From Eledone cirrhosa (taxonomy: Eukaryota), in assembly GCA_964016885.1 (NCBI GenBank), contig OZ024740.1, positions 249,550,001 to 249,614,000 on the forward strand: DNA of 64,000 nucleotides, read 5' to 3'. The notes under the pieces are model-generated. The model saw only the letters and a program-made list of their open reading frames with translations. It was not told the DNA's origin and did no database searches. Shown piece after piece: positions 62,321 to 64,000 of the stretch. The position numbers and the translations under genes are program-made. How positions within the stretch are numbered: position 1 is the stretch's first letter; the number at the start of each line of letters is the position of its first letter.

Positions 62321-64000
62321 TCATCATCATCATTCAAGGACCATTTTCCATGTTAGTATGGGTAGGACGGGCTGACCCCTTGGAAGAGAATCAGTTAGGG
62401 AACCATGTTCCGCTCACCCAGGGTAGATTTTGACTTGGTTTCTACAGCTATATGCCCTTCCTAGTGCCAGCCACTTTACAGCGTGGACTGGGCATTTTTT
62501 ATTGTGACACCAACATGACCACTTTACAGCATGGACTGGTCGCTTTCTGTTGTGACTCCTACATGACCACATGACAGTGTGGACTGGATGCTTTTGTCGT
62601 GATGCAATACATGACCACTATACAGTGAGCGCTGGGTACTTTTGTCATAGCTCCAAGGGAATGAAGGCACTTCATGGTGTGGGATGGGAACTAAGGAGGT
62701 TGGGGGAATGAAGCTTGAGGACGTTGGTAATAGGGGAGGGATGGTTACAGCAAAGGGAGGTGTATGGTGGGGAAGTGGTAGAGAGAGGTGTGTCTATTAG
62801 ATATATGCCTCAGCTCAAGCATATGGGAGGGCGGGTCTTCTGTAGTACTGCATAGCACAAGAGGTCACGGTCCTGTGTCATCGCCTTGGTGAGGTGTAAT
62901 TGTGCAAGGTCAGCTTTTATTACCTCATCCCATGTCTTCCAAGGCCTGCCCACTGCATGGCTACCATCAACTTTTCATACTGCTGTCATCCTTCATACAC
63001 ATCACATGTCCATATTAACACATTCTCCTCTCCTGCGCACAACATCTAATCCCTCTTATGCCCAATTTCTGGCATAGTTCATTTATGCTTTGCCATTCAC
63101 ATATATTGCTATTGCACATCCATCGAAGCATGGAGACTTCATTTCTTTCCAATCTCCGCAGGTCCTCAGCACACAGTGCCCAGGTCTCACTGCTATGCAA
63201 CATTGCTGTTCGTATAGATGCATCATACAGTCTGCTTTTCATTTTGAGGGGAAAACCTTTTGTAGTTAGTAATGGTAGTAGCTCCCTGAACTTTTTCCAA
63301 CCCGATCTCACTCTGGTTACCTTGCTTTCAGAACAACCTCCTCCACTACTGATTTGGTTCTACATTCTTTGTTAGTCTGCCTGAGATCCTACTACATCTC
63401 ATGTGTACCAATTGCTTGCATTTTGGTCATAGAATGGAATTTCTACCTACTCCTTTTATGCACACTGAACAGGGCCATTTCCCTGAGGAGATGTGGGTCC
63501 TGTTTTTCCTTCTATTCGGACTTTAGTCTTTGCCAAGTTGACTTTAAGACCTTTAGATTCTAGACCGTGCTTCCAGGTTTGGAATTTCATCTCTAATTCA
63601 GCTATAGATTCGGTTATAAGGGTTTAGTCATCAGCATACAGAAGTTCCCATGGGCAGCTAGTCTTAAACTCCTCCATTATTGCCTGCAGAATGATAATAA
63701 ACAGCAGAGGGACACCTGCAGACTAAATTCTTCGCTATAGTCATTGTTAAGTTAATTCTGACCTTGCTGTACATGGCTTGAACTGCCCTCACAAGCCATT
63801 CATCAACTGCTAATTTTGTAAGAGACCTTCAGATAATGGAATGGGGGACTCTGTCAAAAGCTTTCTCCAGGTCTACAAAAGCTAAGTAGAGGGGTTTACT
63901 CTTAGCTAGGTACTTCCCCTGCAGATGTTTTACAAGAAAGAGGGCATCTGTGGCACTTTTACCTGGTACAAACTCAAACTGCATCTCAGCTATGTTAACA
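62320..64000 (-). mobile_element. RTE LINE running off the window end
   Basis: MQFEFVPGKS, DLEKAFDRV, ELLYADD, WKKFRELLPLL; 3' UTR with tandem units. Confidence 0.92.

Overview
AT-rich, repeat-saturated animal genomic DNA, most likely an octopus-type cephalopod (inferred from the SINE/RTE repertoire and microsatellites; not verified). No intact protein-coding ORF is present, and nearly all long ORFs in the track are decayed transposon fragments. These include about 12 copies of one RTE LINE family with a Cys/His finger inside its RT, two other RTE families, CRE-, Tx1- and Daphne/Jockey-like LINEs, two Penelope (GIY-YIG) remnants, a DD37D maT transposon, several Helitrons and many tRNA-derived SINEs. 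Host features are only candidates: a CpG-retaining promoter-like zone (~5.2-11.4 kb) with RFX/YY1-like motifs, three minus-strand micro-exons near the left end, and one plus-strand ATG exon at 39.7 kb. The most notable structures are: (i) several unrelated fold-back palindromes carrying type I hammerhead-ribozyme motifs; (ii) a complete 2.0-kb non-coding LTR element (TG...TA ends, tRNA-Trp PBS, PPT, 4-bp TSD) nested in a Helitron; and (iii) two RTE copies with twin-priming-type 5' inversions. Coordinates were counted by eye, and boundaries of decayed repeats are approximate.
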